A stretch of DNA of 64,000 nt from Camelus ferus (GCF_009834535.1 NC_045697.1:118174001-118238000), one strand, 5' to 3'. Numbered from the stretch's first letter, positions 1-13,446 are shown. Notes: generated by a model not told the origin, from the sequence alone. Numbers and translations are program-made.

Positions 1-890
1 GATTTGTGATCATCTTAACACTGTCTCTATGTGGATCTTCTTTTTCTGTAAATCTATTAACTATAAAGACAATTTTTCTGCCTTGCTCACACACAGAAAA
101 AAGCAACAGTTGAACAAATCCAGAAAACCATAATGAACACTCCCTTTCAGAAAGAAACAATGGGGGCAGAGGGCCATCCTGGGACAGAGCAAGTCTGTAA
201 TCCCGCTGGGAAGACATGGCGGCCCTGCCCTGAGGGTGGGTACCACCCCCTCCCTGGGAGGGGCTCCTAAAGCCCTGGTTCTCCAGGACTCGTGATTCCA
301 TCTTCTGAAAAATACTCTTCTCCTCAACCACAAATGATAAAACACTGAAGAATATGCTATTTTGGGCAAATGACTTCTACCCTGCTTCCTGTTTACAGAA
401 TTTGGGGGATCACCAAAAAAGACTATTTTAAGTCTTGAACAGTCAGCCTCTTGTAGTTCAAGTGACTCTTTTGAAAGTGATACCTTCTCAAAAACTTGAT
501 TGAATTGTTTGTGATTTAAGTCAGTTCTATGTGTCAGTATCTCACACAAATCTTTACAAGATGTGACTATAAGTTTTTTAACTTACAGATAGTTCCATAT
601 ATTGCTTTTCTCTCTCTGGGTGATTATGCTTTGTTTATTTTTCAGTCACAATCTCCCTTTGATACCTTGTAACTAAAATCCAAAGTACAGAGTTTCATAT
701 TAAAGAGTAACAAGGGTGTGCACACATCTCCCTGAGTCCTCATTTCTGAGCTGGTTGCCTGGTCGCCATTGGTATTTATAACCTCCCTCCTCTGGGAGGG
801 GTTTCAGGCACACTGTGGCCTTAGCCAGGGTCTCAACGGGTGAAGTGATCTAAACCTCTTTACCTGGTCAGGTGATCCAAACAGTCATTT
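1..890. mobile_element. Possible degenerate ERV internal fragment
   Basis: General resemblance to ERV1-type internal sequence by recall only; no gag/pol motif recognised. Confidence 0.3.
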
Positions 891-896
891 TCCAAA

Positions 897-1210
897 CCTT
901 TTTATTTTGGTAGAATTCAAATTTATAGAAAAGTTGCAAGAACAGTACAAACAAACTCCTGTGTGTCTTCACTCAGATTTACCAGTTCCTGATCTTTTTG
1001 TTCCATTTACTTTTCCATCATCTCTCTCTATATTTATGTGTATGCATGTTACTTTTCTTGACCCATTCAGGAGTTAACTTGGAACTTTATACCCTTTTAT
1101 CACTAAATGATCTCACAGATATTTTGTAAGAACAAGGCCAATGTTCTTACCTAACATTGGTATGATGATCAAGTTAGGAAATGTATCATTGGTGTAAGAC
1201 TATTCAGTCC
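897..1210 (-). mobile_element. Old L1 (L1MC-type) 3' end fragment
   Basis: TTTATAGAAAAGTTGCAAGAACAGTACAAA...CTTCACTCAGATTTACCA resembles the reverse of L1MC 3' ends. Confidence 0.6.
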
Positions 1211-1944
1211 TTGAATTCCTGTGTCTTTGGTCTTGCTTCTTCGGCTGTCTGTATTTTGCCATTAGCTTTCAGCACAAGATTTGCAACTATGATTTGGTGT
1301 CCCAGAGAATTCCCTGGGTTCCAGACCACAGTCAGAATATTAACTGTTTTCACTGCCTGTTGGCAAAACTGTTAACAGAGGTGAATTCTGTGATGAAGTG
1401 GTAGTTGGCACACTTTGTGGGTGTGTCTATGAGTGATTTCACAAGTGTCATCTTTTTCATGAGCACGTAGCAGTGATACAATTATAAAATATATATTTTA
1501 AAATAATACACCACTGCAGAGTAAGTCATGAGCCAAGAGTGAAGAAACCTTGTAAATAGAACAGTTTATAATCAGCTCACTGCCACTGTAGTTGTCCCCT
1601 CCTCCAACTGTGTCCTGTCACCACCGCCAGGCTCCCTCCTGGTGGTGTGGGTCACCCGCCACCCCTGTCTCCCACCCTCCCTCCCCACTCAGACTCAGCC
1701 CCTTCCAGATTTCCTCGGCTTCAGCTGCTTATCAAATACTATCTTACTTTTTCCACTCAAAAACAATATTAGGTGAAGTACAAAGGTACTTTTCATGAAT
1801 ATACATTCATCAAGTTGCAAAATATTGAGGGAAAGTGAATATGTGAGTACATGTGTTCCTCTTCCATAAATGGTGCTCATTGGTGGTAGAGAAATACACA
1901 TAACTTATAAATGAAAAATTAGGTATATCAAAAGGAAATTGGGT

Positions 1945-2177
1945 TGGGGATTAACAGACACACATTACTTCACCTAAAAGAGATAAACAACAAGGACCTA
2001 CTGTATAGCACAGGGAACTATATTCAATTTCTGATAGTAACATACAGTGGAAAATAATTTGAAAAGAAAATATATATGTATGTATATGTGTAACTGAATT
2101 ACTCTGCTGTACACCTGAAACTAACACTGTAAATCAACTACACTTCAACAATAAACAAACAAACAAACAAAAAATAA
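1945..2177 (+). mobile_element. L1 3'UTR fragment (artiodactyl-type)
   Basis: AACAAGGACCTACTGTATAGCACAGGGAACTATATTCAAT...TGTACACCTGAAACTAACA...(CAAA)n tail. Confidence 0.85.
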
Positions 2178-2199
2178 AATTGGGGTAATTAGATTATGT

Positions 2200-2665
2200 T
2201 ATACCTCTGGGTCCATATCCTGGCTTCCATACTGACTCACCCTATGACCAGGGATAAGGTGCTTAACTTTGGTGCTTCAGTCTTTTTCTCCCCATTTTTT
2301 AAATTGACGTATAGTCGATTTACAATGTTGCATTAGTTCCAGGTGTACAGCATAGTGATTCAGTGATACATATACTTACATATTCTTTTTCATTTTTTTT
2401 CATTCTAGGTTACAAGCCACTTAATATAGCTCCTTGTACTGTGCAGTAGGACCTTGTTTTTTTAATCTGTTCTGTACATAGTATTCGTATTGGTTAATCC
2501 CAAACTCTCTCCTTCCTCACTTTTATTTCTTGTGAAAATGGAATCACAATTATGCCTACATTATGAAGTTTTTTTTTTTAAAGAATTCATGAGATCATTT
2601 GCACAGAAAAAATAAATGCTCAGAAAAGTAGCTGCAAGCAGTGAATACTTTCACATTAACTATTG
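2200..2665 (+). mobile_element. MIR SINE split by an L1 insertion
   Basis: ATCCTGGCTTCCATACT...TGCTTCAGT before the L1 and TGTGAAAATGGAATCACAAT after it (MIR core-like). Confidence 0.55.
2295..2520 (-). mobile_element. L1 3'UTR fragment inserted in a MIR
   Basis: TTTTTAAATTGACGTATAGTCGATTTACAATGTTG...CAGGTGTACAGCATAGTGATTCAG; MIR-like sequence on both sides. Confidence 0.8.
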
Positions 2666-2890
2666 TCAGACTGAATGCCCAAAGTCACAAATTTGGTCTT
2701 TTCAGAGATGTAAATTGGCTTGCTCTGGGCTCACAAGTACTCTGTTCATCACAGAACTCTTCTCTCTGGATAAGACATCTCAACATGTTCAAGGAGGAAC
2801 AATGTGGGAATTTTTGTTAAACTAGTGCAGGATGAAATATTTAGGAAGTGGGATACAGTGTTCTGGAAAACTGGTTGTAAAATCTACATG

Positions 2891-2929
2891 AAAAATAAAA
2901 TAAAATAAAATAAAATAAAATAAAATAAA
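2891..2929. repeat. (TAAAA)n microsatellite
   Basis: About seven TAAAA units. Confidence 0.95.
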
Positions 2930-4189
2930 CATGATTGAGAACAAGACCCAAAGCCCACTTTCTTCCTCCCAGAGTTGGCTGGTCTCTCCCACCCACTGGT
3001 CCACAAAGAGCTGCATGGTTTGAACGCACTGGAGCAGGAGATGTCATCAGCTGAGACTTCCTGCAGCCACCATCTCTATGTGGGCTGAAGTTTATCCTGA
3101 GAGCCAGGAAACCTTTGCAGATGGGAACCCTTTCATGTGCCAGTCACTTGCATTTTAGATTGTGAAGATGGATGACCAGAAGTATGTCGAGGTGAAGGAT
3201 GGGGCCAAGGTTCAGCTATGACTCAGCTTACAAGCTGTTTGGCTTTATCAGAAAGATTATAAAATAAATCATCCCTACCATCTACCCATGATAAAATGAT
3301 GACACAGAAGGACTGCTTCCTCAAAATGGTTTGTTTTCTCCCTTGAGATGAGCTTGACTGGTGATACCGTCATGTGATACATGTCCTTAACTCTTCTTCA
3401 GATGAAAATTAATGTACTTTACAGGTCTTTTTTCTCTTTAAATTAAAACCATTCTTCCACCACCATCCTTTGAGTCTCAGTCAAGCCAGCTTCTTGTCTT
3501 CACAAGCACCCCAGCCTCACTCTGCTCTTGGTAGTGGGATTCTGGACGGACACCTCCCAGTCTCCCAAAAACATTCCTTCTGTGGCCCGAGGGCTACTTC
3601 TCTTCTTGTTCAAAGAATGTCAGAAACATTTCAAGATTCAGTTAAAATTCTTCTCTTTTAAAAATCCTCCAGGGACCAGTTATTCTGTTTTGAACTTGTG
3701 TACTTAATGACATTCCTACTGGCCCCTTGGTTTGTTTGAATTTTGCCTCCGACCTGTTTTCTAGGGGCTGTGGTAGTTATTGATCATTCTGGTCATGCCA
3801 AGCTGCTTTCTCTCATCTCATTAATGCATCCATTTTCTGGCTCAAAAAAATAAAACCAAAATAAAATATTGTTTTCTTCTCTTCTGTTAATTAATTTATT
3901 TCTCTTCAAATGGTATCTCATCTAAAGCCTTTACATTATGGTTAATATCTTCTGCATGAAAGAGATGATACAGAAAAAGGAAAAAAGTGGAAAATAAAAA
4001 GGTAATATAGTTTAAAAAAATTAAAAGTTTGAGAGGCAAAGAGGAAAAGATAGGTAAATAGAAAATGGAATAGCCTTACTACTTCCCTAGAAAATGGACT
4101 TAATAGCAAATAAATCAAAGTAAGGCTAATAATAGCTACCCCAAAACAGAGGGGAAACAAAACCTAAAACTCAAAATTATTTTCAAGTT

Positions 4190-5039
4190 TCATCATTGTT
4201 ATCAATGTTAATCATTGTTATCACAAAGCCACAGTAGAGTGGAAAATAAAATATGGAATTAATTTAAGTAATTAGTAGTATTTCCAGTGTACATGTACAA
4301 AAATAATGGAAACAGAAAATCATTTGGGGGCATATACCACTGTAATAACTTCTGCAGGGAAAAAACATAAATGGATGCTAAAATTTGTGGGCAAAAGTAT
4401 AATGAAAAAAAGAATATTTGCATGTGTTTGTGTCTCCCCGTAAAATACTTTATAATTATAAATAGAAAAAGTATAATTTTATAGTGGAGAAACCTGCTGG
4501 ATACCACCTTAGTCAAGTTTTTATTTAACACCACCGATAATGAGACACATGGATGTCATATATCCCTCAATATAAGGCACTGAGGAGAGCACAGAACCAC
4601 TTCTCTGGTATTTTTGCAAAAAAAAAAAAATCAATTTTAACATAAAGTTGAGGAAATATCATACAAACCCAAATGAGGGGAAATAGACAAAATAACTGGC
4701 TTCTCTTTTCCAAAGTGTCAAGTTCATGAAGGACAGGAGGGCTGGGGACAGTCACAGGTTGGAGGACACTGAGGAAAGCTGATGACTAAACCCAGCGTGT
4801 GTCCTGATGGGATCCTGGACCAGAGAAGGGACAATCGTAGAACAAACTGGTGAAACTTGAATAAGGTCTGTAGATTAGTTAGTGATGTCTTGTTACTATT
4901 AATTTCCTGGGTAATGATGACTGTACTATGACCTTATAAGGCATTAGTCTTTGGGGAAGCTGGGTAAAGGATATATGGACAATATTTGTAATATTTTAAC
5001 CCTTTTGAAAGTCTGAAGTTATTTCAAAGTAAAATTAAA
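4190..5039 (+). mobile_element. Old L1 (L1MC4/5-like) 3' end
   Basis: ATAGTGGAGAAACCTG...GGATCCTGGACCAGA...GAATAAGGTCTGTAGATTAG...GGGAAGCTGGGTAAAGGATATATGG...TCTGAAGTTATTTCAAA. Confidence 0.75.
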
Positions 5040-5827
5040 GAGTGGAATAATAGAGAACACATGGGATCTCCAATTAAGAATTCGAATGTTTAAAGATAAA
5101 TTCAGGATCTCCAAATAAAACTTTCAGAAATGGCCTCTTTCTTATTTTATTAGTTACAAAGTAATAAAAGACTTGTCCAGTCAGCAAAGAATGGACTCTT
5201 TTGGTGTGTATTTAACTAAAGAAGATTATATGGTTTATGGGGTGTCTCTGGAGCCGTTATGGTCTTGGATGACACTAGGTCAGCCTTCTATGTTTATTTT
5301 GAGGTTATTTTGTTTTCTGCATCTAACACCAAATTAGAAGTTTAAATTTTCATTTCCACCCCACAAGGAAAGAAAATATAAAATTCCTTATAATTAACAG
5401 CACACTGACGTGAGACCACTTACCTGTCCTTTTAACCTCTTCCTAAACTAGAACACACAGAAACACACGCCCCCCCAAACATCCAGTTGCTTGGTATCCA
5501 CACTTTATTATGGAAGGTGTGACCCTAGATTTTTTCACTCAGACTAATTCAAGAGGAAGATAACAGACCATCTGTACTCAAAAGAACACTGTATTTTTAA
5601 ACATTGGTAATTATTTCCAGAATCTAAAATTTAAACTGTGAAAAATCCTACAAAGTAGATTCAACCAATAACTTAGCTCTTTATAAGTCATCAGTATTTA
5701 GGAAAACTCTCCAGGGTATTTCTTCAACCTGCTTTTAAAAATTCATTTACTTATTTTTACAGTGTGAGCAATGTGATTCAGATTTTATAAGAGTGAGCAC
5801 AAGGACCCTGCCGAGCTTCCCCCAGGA

Positions 5828-6300
5828 GGGCGGGTTTAAAATGGCCACGTGCTGTCTGGCCATCCCTCCAGCAGGACGGGGCGTCTGTATCCCGTGTCTC
5901 CTCTCTTGCATTTGAAGACTTGCCATGCCAGTTTCAAAGCCTGATTCCTAAGAGCCCAACAGCTTCCCCTTGTGCCTGGATCACCCACTCTGGGAGTCTA
6001 AGCCACCAGGTAGGAGAGCAGCTACACACGGGGAGACTGTGCGAAGAAGCCCTGAGAATACGTGTAGAGGGACAGTGCACCCACTCAGCCGACCTTCATA
6101 TTGCACCCACCAGAGTCTTGGGCACGTGGACAAAGCCTTCTCAGACCAGGGACTGGCTGCTGCCAGCTGAATGCCACCACGCGACCCCAGTCAACCCCGG
6201 GAGAAGCATCACTCGGCTGAGTCCTGCCTGAAGTCCTGACCCATGGATCCTGAACACAGAGAGGATCATTGCTTTGGAATGCTTCAGTACGCAGCCACAT
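5828..6300 (+). mobile_element. ERVL-MaLR LTR (MLT1F/G/H-like)
   Basis: AAAATGGCCAC...CACTCTGGGAG...AGCCACCAGGTAGGAG...CCAGCTGAATGCCACCAC...GCTGAGTCCTGCCTGAAGTCCTGACCCA. Confidence 0.7.
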
Positions 6301-6419
6301 GTACCCAGAACACATGGGTGTGAGGAATGCTCTTTGCTGGGTGTGTTTAAGGCTGCAACTTTCTGTCACCTCACCTTTAGAATCTGAATCTCAAATACAA
6401 GTCTCATGCCCAGTTTAAG

Positions 6420-6791
6420 ACACAGAAAGACAAATACTCTCTGACAAATACTGTATGACATCACTTATATGTGGAAACTAAAAAATAAATGAATCTAAAT
6501 ACAAATCAGAATGAGATACACAGGCATAGAAAACAAATCTATGGTTACTAAAGGCGGGGGTGGGGGTGCAAATTAGGCATATGGGATTAACAGACACAAA
6601 CGACTAACACAAAATAGATAAGCAATAAGAACTTACTGTGTAGCATGGGGAATTATACCCAGTATCTTGTAATAACCCATAATGAAATATAATCTGTAAG
6701 GAAAATACCCAGCAAACCAAATCACTATGCTGTATGCCTGAAACTAACACAGTATTGTAAATCAACTCTACTTCAATTTAAAAAAAAAAAG
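6420..6791 (+). mobile_element. L1 3'UTR (artiodactyl-type)
   Basis: GACAAATACTGTATGACATCACTTATATGTGGAA...AAATCAACTCTACTTCAATTTAAAAAAAAAAA. Confidence 0.88.
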
Positions 6792-8699
6792 AAGCATAAT
6801 TTCCAGGCTCCTTTGAAGGTCTATGTAGGTGGTCAAGTGACAAAAATTTCCTCACAGATATAAATGGAAATGCCATTTACACACTCCAGAAAATGTCCTT
6901 AAATCATTTCTTCTTCTTTCTTTGGGGAAAAAGTGTGAATATCATTATTGGTGTCTTAGCTTCATCAGGAACCCTGACGAGGAGGAATTCGCCCTCAAGG
7001 TGTGGGAACTTAGTGCTGCAAGGATCGTGAAGCTTTGTGACTTCAAGAAGCTAATGCATTTATTTTTCATGAGTGAAAAGCATACAATGTTATATATTAC
7101 TTTATAGTTTTTGGTGTATATGAGGCTGACTCACCAACGCAGTGGGTAATTCAATAAAGCAGGAACATAGGGAGGCAATCATTTATTTCAAAGAACACTA
7201 AAGTAGAAACATCATATTGGCTGGGCTTGGAGATGCTCACATTCACTTGTCACACCAGGAAACCTTCATTTGTCCACTTCCATCATTAGCCAAGACCCAG
7301 AAGGTTCATGACACATCCCGGTGTGTTTGCCAACTCTCAGCCATTTAACTTATCTAAATATTTTCTATTTTAAAAAAAAAATAAATTTCAGTACATACAA
7401 ATGAAGAGTAACATAACAAACAGTGATATATCCAACCTAACCAAAGAAATAAAAAGTATAAATGGAGCAAACATATTGTGTGTACCTCTTCCCAACTGCA
7501 TCGCATTGCTGTCCTATATCCACAATTGTGAATTTGGGTTATTTCATCCTTATTTATATAAGCATGACTTTACTCTGCATGCAGTACCCTTCACTGGCAT
7601 GTACTTTTGATCTCCATGGTTTTAAGCTTCATTAAAAAAATTGTCATGCTGTAGGTATCCTTCCACAACATTTATTTTTCTACCATCACATTTTTGAGGT
7701 GTATCCCTAGAAACATGTATCTGTGGTTTGTTTATTTTCACTGCTATATAATATTTCACAGCAGAAATATTGTGAAATACACAATTTCACTTTATCACCA
7801 GTGAATGCATAGATTTTAGATTTGTTGTTATTTCAAACTATAAAAATATCCTTGTGTAAGTGTCTTTCTCTACACCATGTTCATTTACTAATAAATCAAT
7901 CTAGCAATACTGTCATTTTCTCCAGCCCCCCAAATTCTGTTAATTTCCTATATATTTCTTGGAAAGTTTTGGAAGCAGGTGTAGGAGACGGGGAGGGGGA
8001 ACTGGTTGGAAAGATGATTTCAGGATTTCTGTCTCCTAATGTTGAACCTGGCAGAAATGAGCAATCAAATCCAGGACAAAACCCAGGAAATTTGGTAATG
8101 TGGAATAAAAATTTTAAACCCTGGCTTGTGTGGAGCATTCAAAATATCATTTTACCTCTGAATTTAGATTCTCCAATCACTCAAAATCTAAGAGTAGAAG
8201 CGGGAGGAGCAGCAGGCTGTGGGTTGCTTTGATGACCATGAATTATGTCTTCTGATGGCTCAGTCACATGAGACCAATCCAACCTTCCCGAGGCATTTTT
8301 ATGGAGTGGTCTTTTGTCTGTTAGTGTTTTTGAAAACCTGAATGACAACTGGGAAATTTCAATGCAATATTTGGAAGGCTTTGAAGACAGAAAGACAGTT
8401 ATCATTTTTCAACATCACTGGACTAAAGATGTAGATTTCAAGAGTGTTCCATGTTGATGTGGGTCAACATGACATACATACATATTTAACTTAGCTAGTA
8501 AAAGCCCTTGAACTCTATGTCTCTGCTGGTTTTACTTTGCCATAATCATCTTTTTAGGAAATGCAATTGCTTTGTGTCTGCTTATATTACATTTAATTCT
8601 TACACCAATCATTTGTTTCTTTGTACAGGTTGACCTGGAGGATTAACAGCATGAACTGTGCCTGTAGGTAAGGATGAACACATATGCATTCTTACTTGT

Positions 8700-10345
8700 A
8701 ACTTGTTAGAAACATGGTTCTCACTACCGACAATTTATTTAAGAATTGCTTGACCCCAGATGTATGTAAAGTGGTTTCAGAATGGTTAACTCATAATACA
8801 GTGAGAAATAAATTTACCAAACAGAATTATTGTTTACATACTGTTCCTTTGGTGCTTCAGCCTTAGAGCACCCAGTCCTCACAGTGACCCTGGGTCAGAG
8901 TCTTTTATCCCAACTCCCTTTAGTGAGATGATGCCAAAAGTTAGGAATACAGTCATGTTTGTTTGTCAGAAATCTCCATCCCATCCAGGGGTCCCCCAAC
9001 ATTCTACCTGATTACTGCTAAATTTTCACACAATAAAGTTTAACCTTTTTGTTATATAATTCTAAGGGTTTTGACAAAGTCAGCCATTCCCCAACAGTAT
9101 AAAGAGAACAGCTTTTTTTTTTTCTTGAGGGGGGAGATAATTTGGTTTATTTATTTAATGGAGGTACTGGAGACTGATCCAGGACCTTGTGTATGCTAAG
9201 CATGCACTCTACCACTGAGCTATACCCTCCCCGCCTAAAGAGAACTGTGTTATCACCCTAAAAATTGCTTGTGTGACTCCATTTGTTGTCAAATCCAACA
9301 GACACAGACCTGTCCTCCATCCTTATAGCTTGTGTTTTCCAGAATGTCATTTAAAGAGCTCATACAATATGTAGTTTCTGTGTATGATTTCTTCCCCTTG
9401 GTAAAAATGCAGTTAATAATAATCTGTATTATTGTGTGACTCACTAGCTTACTTTTTCATGGCTGAGTATATTCCATTGCACAGATACACCACAGTCTGT
9501 TTATCTGTTCATCTATTGGTGTACCTCTTGATGGCTTCAATTTTTGGTAATTATGAATCAAGCTGCCATAAACATTTATGTACAGGTTTTGCATGAACAT
9601 GTATTTTTAGTTTTATGTATCTTTAATTCACTTGGTGAATAGTTGAGTGTGAGCTTCCTGGACTATATGGTAAGCATATATGTTACTTTACAAAAACCTG
9701 AGTGGCTGTCTCATTTTGTATTTCCACCCCAAATTAATGAAGTTTCCTTTTGTTCTTCATTCTCCCTAGAATTTGGTATTGTTCTTTTATTTGTAGTTGT
9801 TTTTTAGCCATTTTAATATGTATGAAGTGTTATCTCACTGTGGTTTTAATTTGCATTTTATAATGACTAATAATGTACATCATTAATTTCATGATCATTT
9901 GCCTTTCATATATTGTCTTTGGGGACGTTTCTGTTCATATCTTTTGACTTCTGTTAATTGAGTTTCTTATTGTCTTATTTCTGTGTATTGAGTGTTGTTT
10001 TAATGTATTCTGGATACATGTTCTACATCTGATATATGATTTGCATATATTTTCTACTATTCTGTGGCTTCCTTTGATTTTTGTAATAGTGTCCTGCACG
10101 AAGAGCAAATACACTTTTTATTTTTATGAAATCCAATCAGTCAATGCTTTCGTTTTTTTTTCTTTATGGATCATGCTTTTGAGGTCCTTTTAAAAACTCA
10201 CCATCAAACTAAAGTCATCCAGCTTTTCTGCTGTGTTTTCTTACATAGGTTTTATGTAAGAAACAATGAACAATTATTTAACAATTTAAACAAATAGGTT
10301 TTTGATTGTTTGAGTCAGTTTTTATAAGACATAGGGTGTATGTCA
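8700..10345 (-). mobile_element. Old L1 (L1MC/MD-type) 3' region interrupted by a SINE
   Basis: GGCTGAGTATATTCCATTG...GTTATCTCACTGTGGTTTTAATTTGCATTT...TATTCTGGATACATGTTCT...; reverse of ORF2 end and 3'UTR. Confidence 0.75.
9113..9232 (-). mobile_element. tRNA-derived camelid SINE (Vic-1-like)
   Basis: Reverse complement reads GGGGAGGGTATAGCTCAGTGGTAGAGTGCATGCTTAGCAT...CCAGTACCTCCATTAAATAAATAAA...polyA; TSD TAAAGAGAAC(A/T)G at 9100-9111 and 9236-9247. Confidence 0.9.
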
Positions 10346-10349
10346 AGAC

Positions 10350-10970
10350 CACACTGTGGAGATGAACCCAGGCAGAGGCAGATGGCTTCTGTGGGGTGGG
10401 GAGACAAAGCTTTAAGGCTGGATCCCAGTGAGGCCAGGGCTCACAAGGACAAACTCTAGGGAGGAGAGAGCTACATACTGAGCAACTCCAGAGAACTATA
10501 GAGGCCCTCCTCCTGGATTTTTTTGTTTGTTACTGATATGCATATATGTGTGGGAAACCTACCTGAACCTGAGGAAAGAAGCACCTGAAAGGAACAGAAG
10601 AACAATTCCCAGGGCTCATCCAGGGTCAACTACAGTTTATGTTCCAAGCAGTCACAGTAGGAAACACTGAAGTAGCACTAGAAGAATACTCAGAAGCTTG
10701 TTGTGTTAATTCAGTGATGGGAAAAATAATAACTGTTAAATTGCTATCTAACAAGACTTAAAAGTAAGGCCTGAAATAAACTACTTCCATGTAAATTAAC
10801 ATTGTCCCAGAGCAAAGCTCAACTATTTAAAGGAATATCCAGCATCCAACAAGGTAAATATCACAATATCTGGCATTCAGTAAAAAAATTACAAGACATG
10901 CAAAGAACCAGAAAAATGTGATCAATAATGAAGAGAATAATCAATCCATTGGAAGTGACTCAAAATTAAA
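10350..10970 (+). mobile_element. Old L1 5' region/ORF1 start (L1M4/L1MD-type)
   Basis: CAGCATCCAACAAGGTAAATATCACAATATCTGGCATTCAGTAAAAAAATTACAAGACATGCAAAGAACCAGAAAAATGTGA, the typical lead-in to ancient ORF1. Confidence 0.65.
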
Positions 10971-11126
10971 ATATGAATGAACTGCAAAAACACAAGTGCT
11001 TTGATGTATGTATCAAATGTGATTACAATGTATACTTTAAATATCTTATAATTTTTTGTCAGTTATACCTTAATAAAGCTGGAAAAAAGTCATAACAATG
11101 CACATTTTAAGATTTCATGAGAGAAG

Positions 11127-11137
11127 CAAGATGGCGG
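11127..11137 (+). promoter_or_regulatory. YY1-type motif at the L1 5' end (internal promoter)
   Basis: CAAGATGGCGG 8 nt inside the left TSD; matches the YY1 core AAGATGGCG typical of L1 5' ends. Confidence 0.7.
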
Positions 11138-12405
11138 AGTAGAAGGACGCTCGTAGCTCACCCTCTCCCACAAATACACCAAAACTCACATCTACGGACC
11201 CACTCAGCCAACCAGAGCACCTGCCAAACTCCTACAGAACATCGCTCTCTTCGAAAGACAAAGATGCCAAAAATTGGTAGAAGAAAAGGAAAAAAGAAAG
11301 AAGAAAAAGGAAAACAGTGCGGGACTGATCCTAAGGGAGGAGGACTGGCGCTCGTTCGCTGGGTCTCCCCTCTCCAATGCAGAGGCCAGTGGGACAAAGG
11401 GGGAGCCTCTGAGGCTCAGATCTGCCCCGAGCACCCCTTGACTGACAGAACTGACTTAAACAGGCACAAAGGGTCCCCGAAACACCCAGCCCAAGAAGCG
11501 AGCTGGCAGCTGGGGGCTGGGACGGGCCACCCGAGCTGGGTGGAAGACAGGGGTGGCTGCACTGAGGCAGCCCTGGGGGACTGCAGGGTGCTGTGCAATG
11601 TGACTAGGAGGGGAGCAGAATAACCTCAGTCCCCATAAATTGCAAAAAAAAAAGCAAAGCAACACGGCTGGTGTGCCCTAGGGGCAGGGGCGTCATAGCC
11701 TTTGTCTCCTCAGACCTGCATTGCCATTACTGGAGCTTCTTGTGAGAAGAGAGTTGGGGCACAGCCACAGCCACCATATCATCCTGTGAGCAGCGCCTGG
11801 GCAGGGATGGTGTGGAGCCCTGAATCCGCACCCGGGGGCTCCACAACCTCCTAGGCAGGACTGAGACTTGTTTACAGCCCGAGGCAGAAGGATCTTTCTG
11901 CCCTCGTCCCTCAGAGAACTCGTGTCGCCAAGACAAACAAGGAGCTGAGATTTGGCATAGAGCAGGGCAGGGTTGTTCCGTGGTCTTCCCTGAGCCTGTC
12001 TTCAGAGTGCCAACCTGAGGCGGAGTGGGCAGCTGCACAGAGCAGTGGAGCGACTGGTGCCAGGAGAGGGCAGGCGGCCACCCGCCTTCCTGGCAAGAAT
12101 GCAGCACCTGAGCATGGTGCTGGGAGAGGGCAGCATATGACTGTGGCATCAGGAGGGGGAGTGACCTGCCCATCCACCAGATAAGAGCTCAGCACCTGAC
12201 CCAGTGTTGGGAGGGGGCGTGATCTGCTAGCTGACAGCCACTGGGAGCAGCACAGAGGGCACAGACAGAAGGCCTCTGGAAACAGCAAGCTGAGTTCACA
12301 AAACAGGGCGAAGACACAAAGACCTCGCAATAAAATCACTAAGTGCACACTGTCTCCAGGAGCACTAGATAACTGATACTCCTTAAGGCACAGTGCCAGA
12401 GAGAT

Positions 12406-13303
12406 ATGAGCAATATGAAGAAGCAGAGGAACCACTCCCAGTTAAAAGATCAAGAGAAGTCCCCTGAAAGCACGATCAAGGAAACAGATGTTGATGGCCT
12501 GCTAGATCAAGATTTCAAAAAAGGAGTGATCAAAGTACTGAAGGAACTAAAAGAAATAGTGTTTAGAGATATAAAATATGTCAAAAATGAAATAGAAGCT
12601 ATAAAGAACAAGTAGAATTAGTAAACTCACTTGCTGAGATGAGATCTGACCTAAAGGCTGTGCAAATCAGGCTAGATAATGCAGAGGAACGAATAAGTGA
12701 CCTAGAAGACAGGACAACAGAAAGCACCCAATCAGAACAACTGCAAGATAAACAAATAAAAAACAACGAAAACAATATAAGGGACCTATGGGATAATATA
12801 AAGTGTGCCAATCTAAGCATAATAGGGGTTCCAGAAGGGGAAGAAAGAACAAAGGGGATTGAAAAGGTATTTGAAGAAATCAAGACTGAAAACATCCCAA
12901 ACCTAAAGAAGGAAACAGATATCCAAGTATAAGAGGCTCAGAGGGTCCCAAACAGGAAGAACCCAAACAGACCCACACCAAGACATATTATAATCAAGAT
13001 GGCCAGAATCAAAGATAAAGAAATGATCCTAAAGGCAGCAAGAGAAAAACATAGAGTGAGTTACAAGGAACCCTGATAAGGCTCTCAGCTGATTTCTGTA
13101 CACAAACGCTACAGGCCAGAAGGGAATGGCAAGATATATTCAAAGTCCTGAGTGAAAAAAAGATGCAGCCTAGGATATTCTATCCAGCAAGGCTATCCTT
13201 TAGAATAGAAGGAGAGATAAAGAACTTCACAGACAAGCAAAAACTAAAAGAGTTTAGCAACCCTAAACCCATGCTAAAGGGAATATTGACAGGTCTACTC
13301 TAA
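12406..13303 (+). pseudogene. L1 ORF1p (RNA-binding chaperone), disrupted
   Basis: MSNMKKQRNHSQLKDQEKSPE...RLDNAEERISDLEDR...NLSIIGVPEGEE...RPTPRHIIIKM...IRLSADF...ARREWQDIFKVL...YPARLSF...GLL*; frameshifts near 12612 and 13066 and an in-frame TAA at 12930-12932. Confidence 0.93.
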
Positions 13304-13446
13304 ATAGAAAAGAAGCAGGATGCTACAAAAATGAGAAACTCATAACTGGAAAGGAGATAACTGCCATGAATTACAAAAAGAATAAACACAAAATTGTAAA
13401 AGAAGACATCTAAATCATTAAGAGTGGGAGATGGAAGTGAGGAAAG

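Noticed and set aside
61..549. 162-aa minus-strand ORF
   Set aside because: Non-ATG start, no gag/pol/env motif, composition typical of a chance ORF
11117..12435. Long ORFs of 168, 148 and 174 aa
   Set aside because: They lie in the GC-rich L1 5'UTR where stop codons are rare, and show no recognisable protein features. An ORF0-like antisense peptide cannot be supported from sequence alone.
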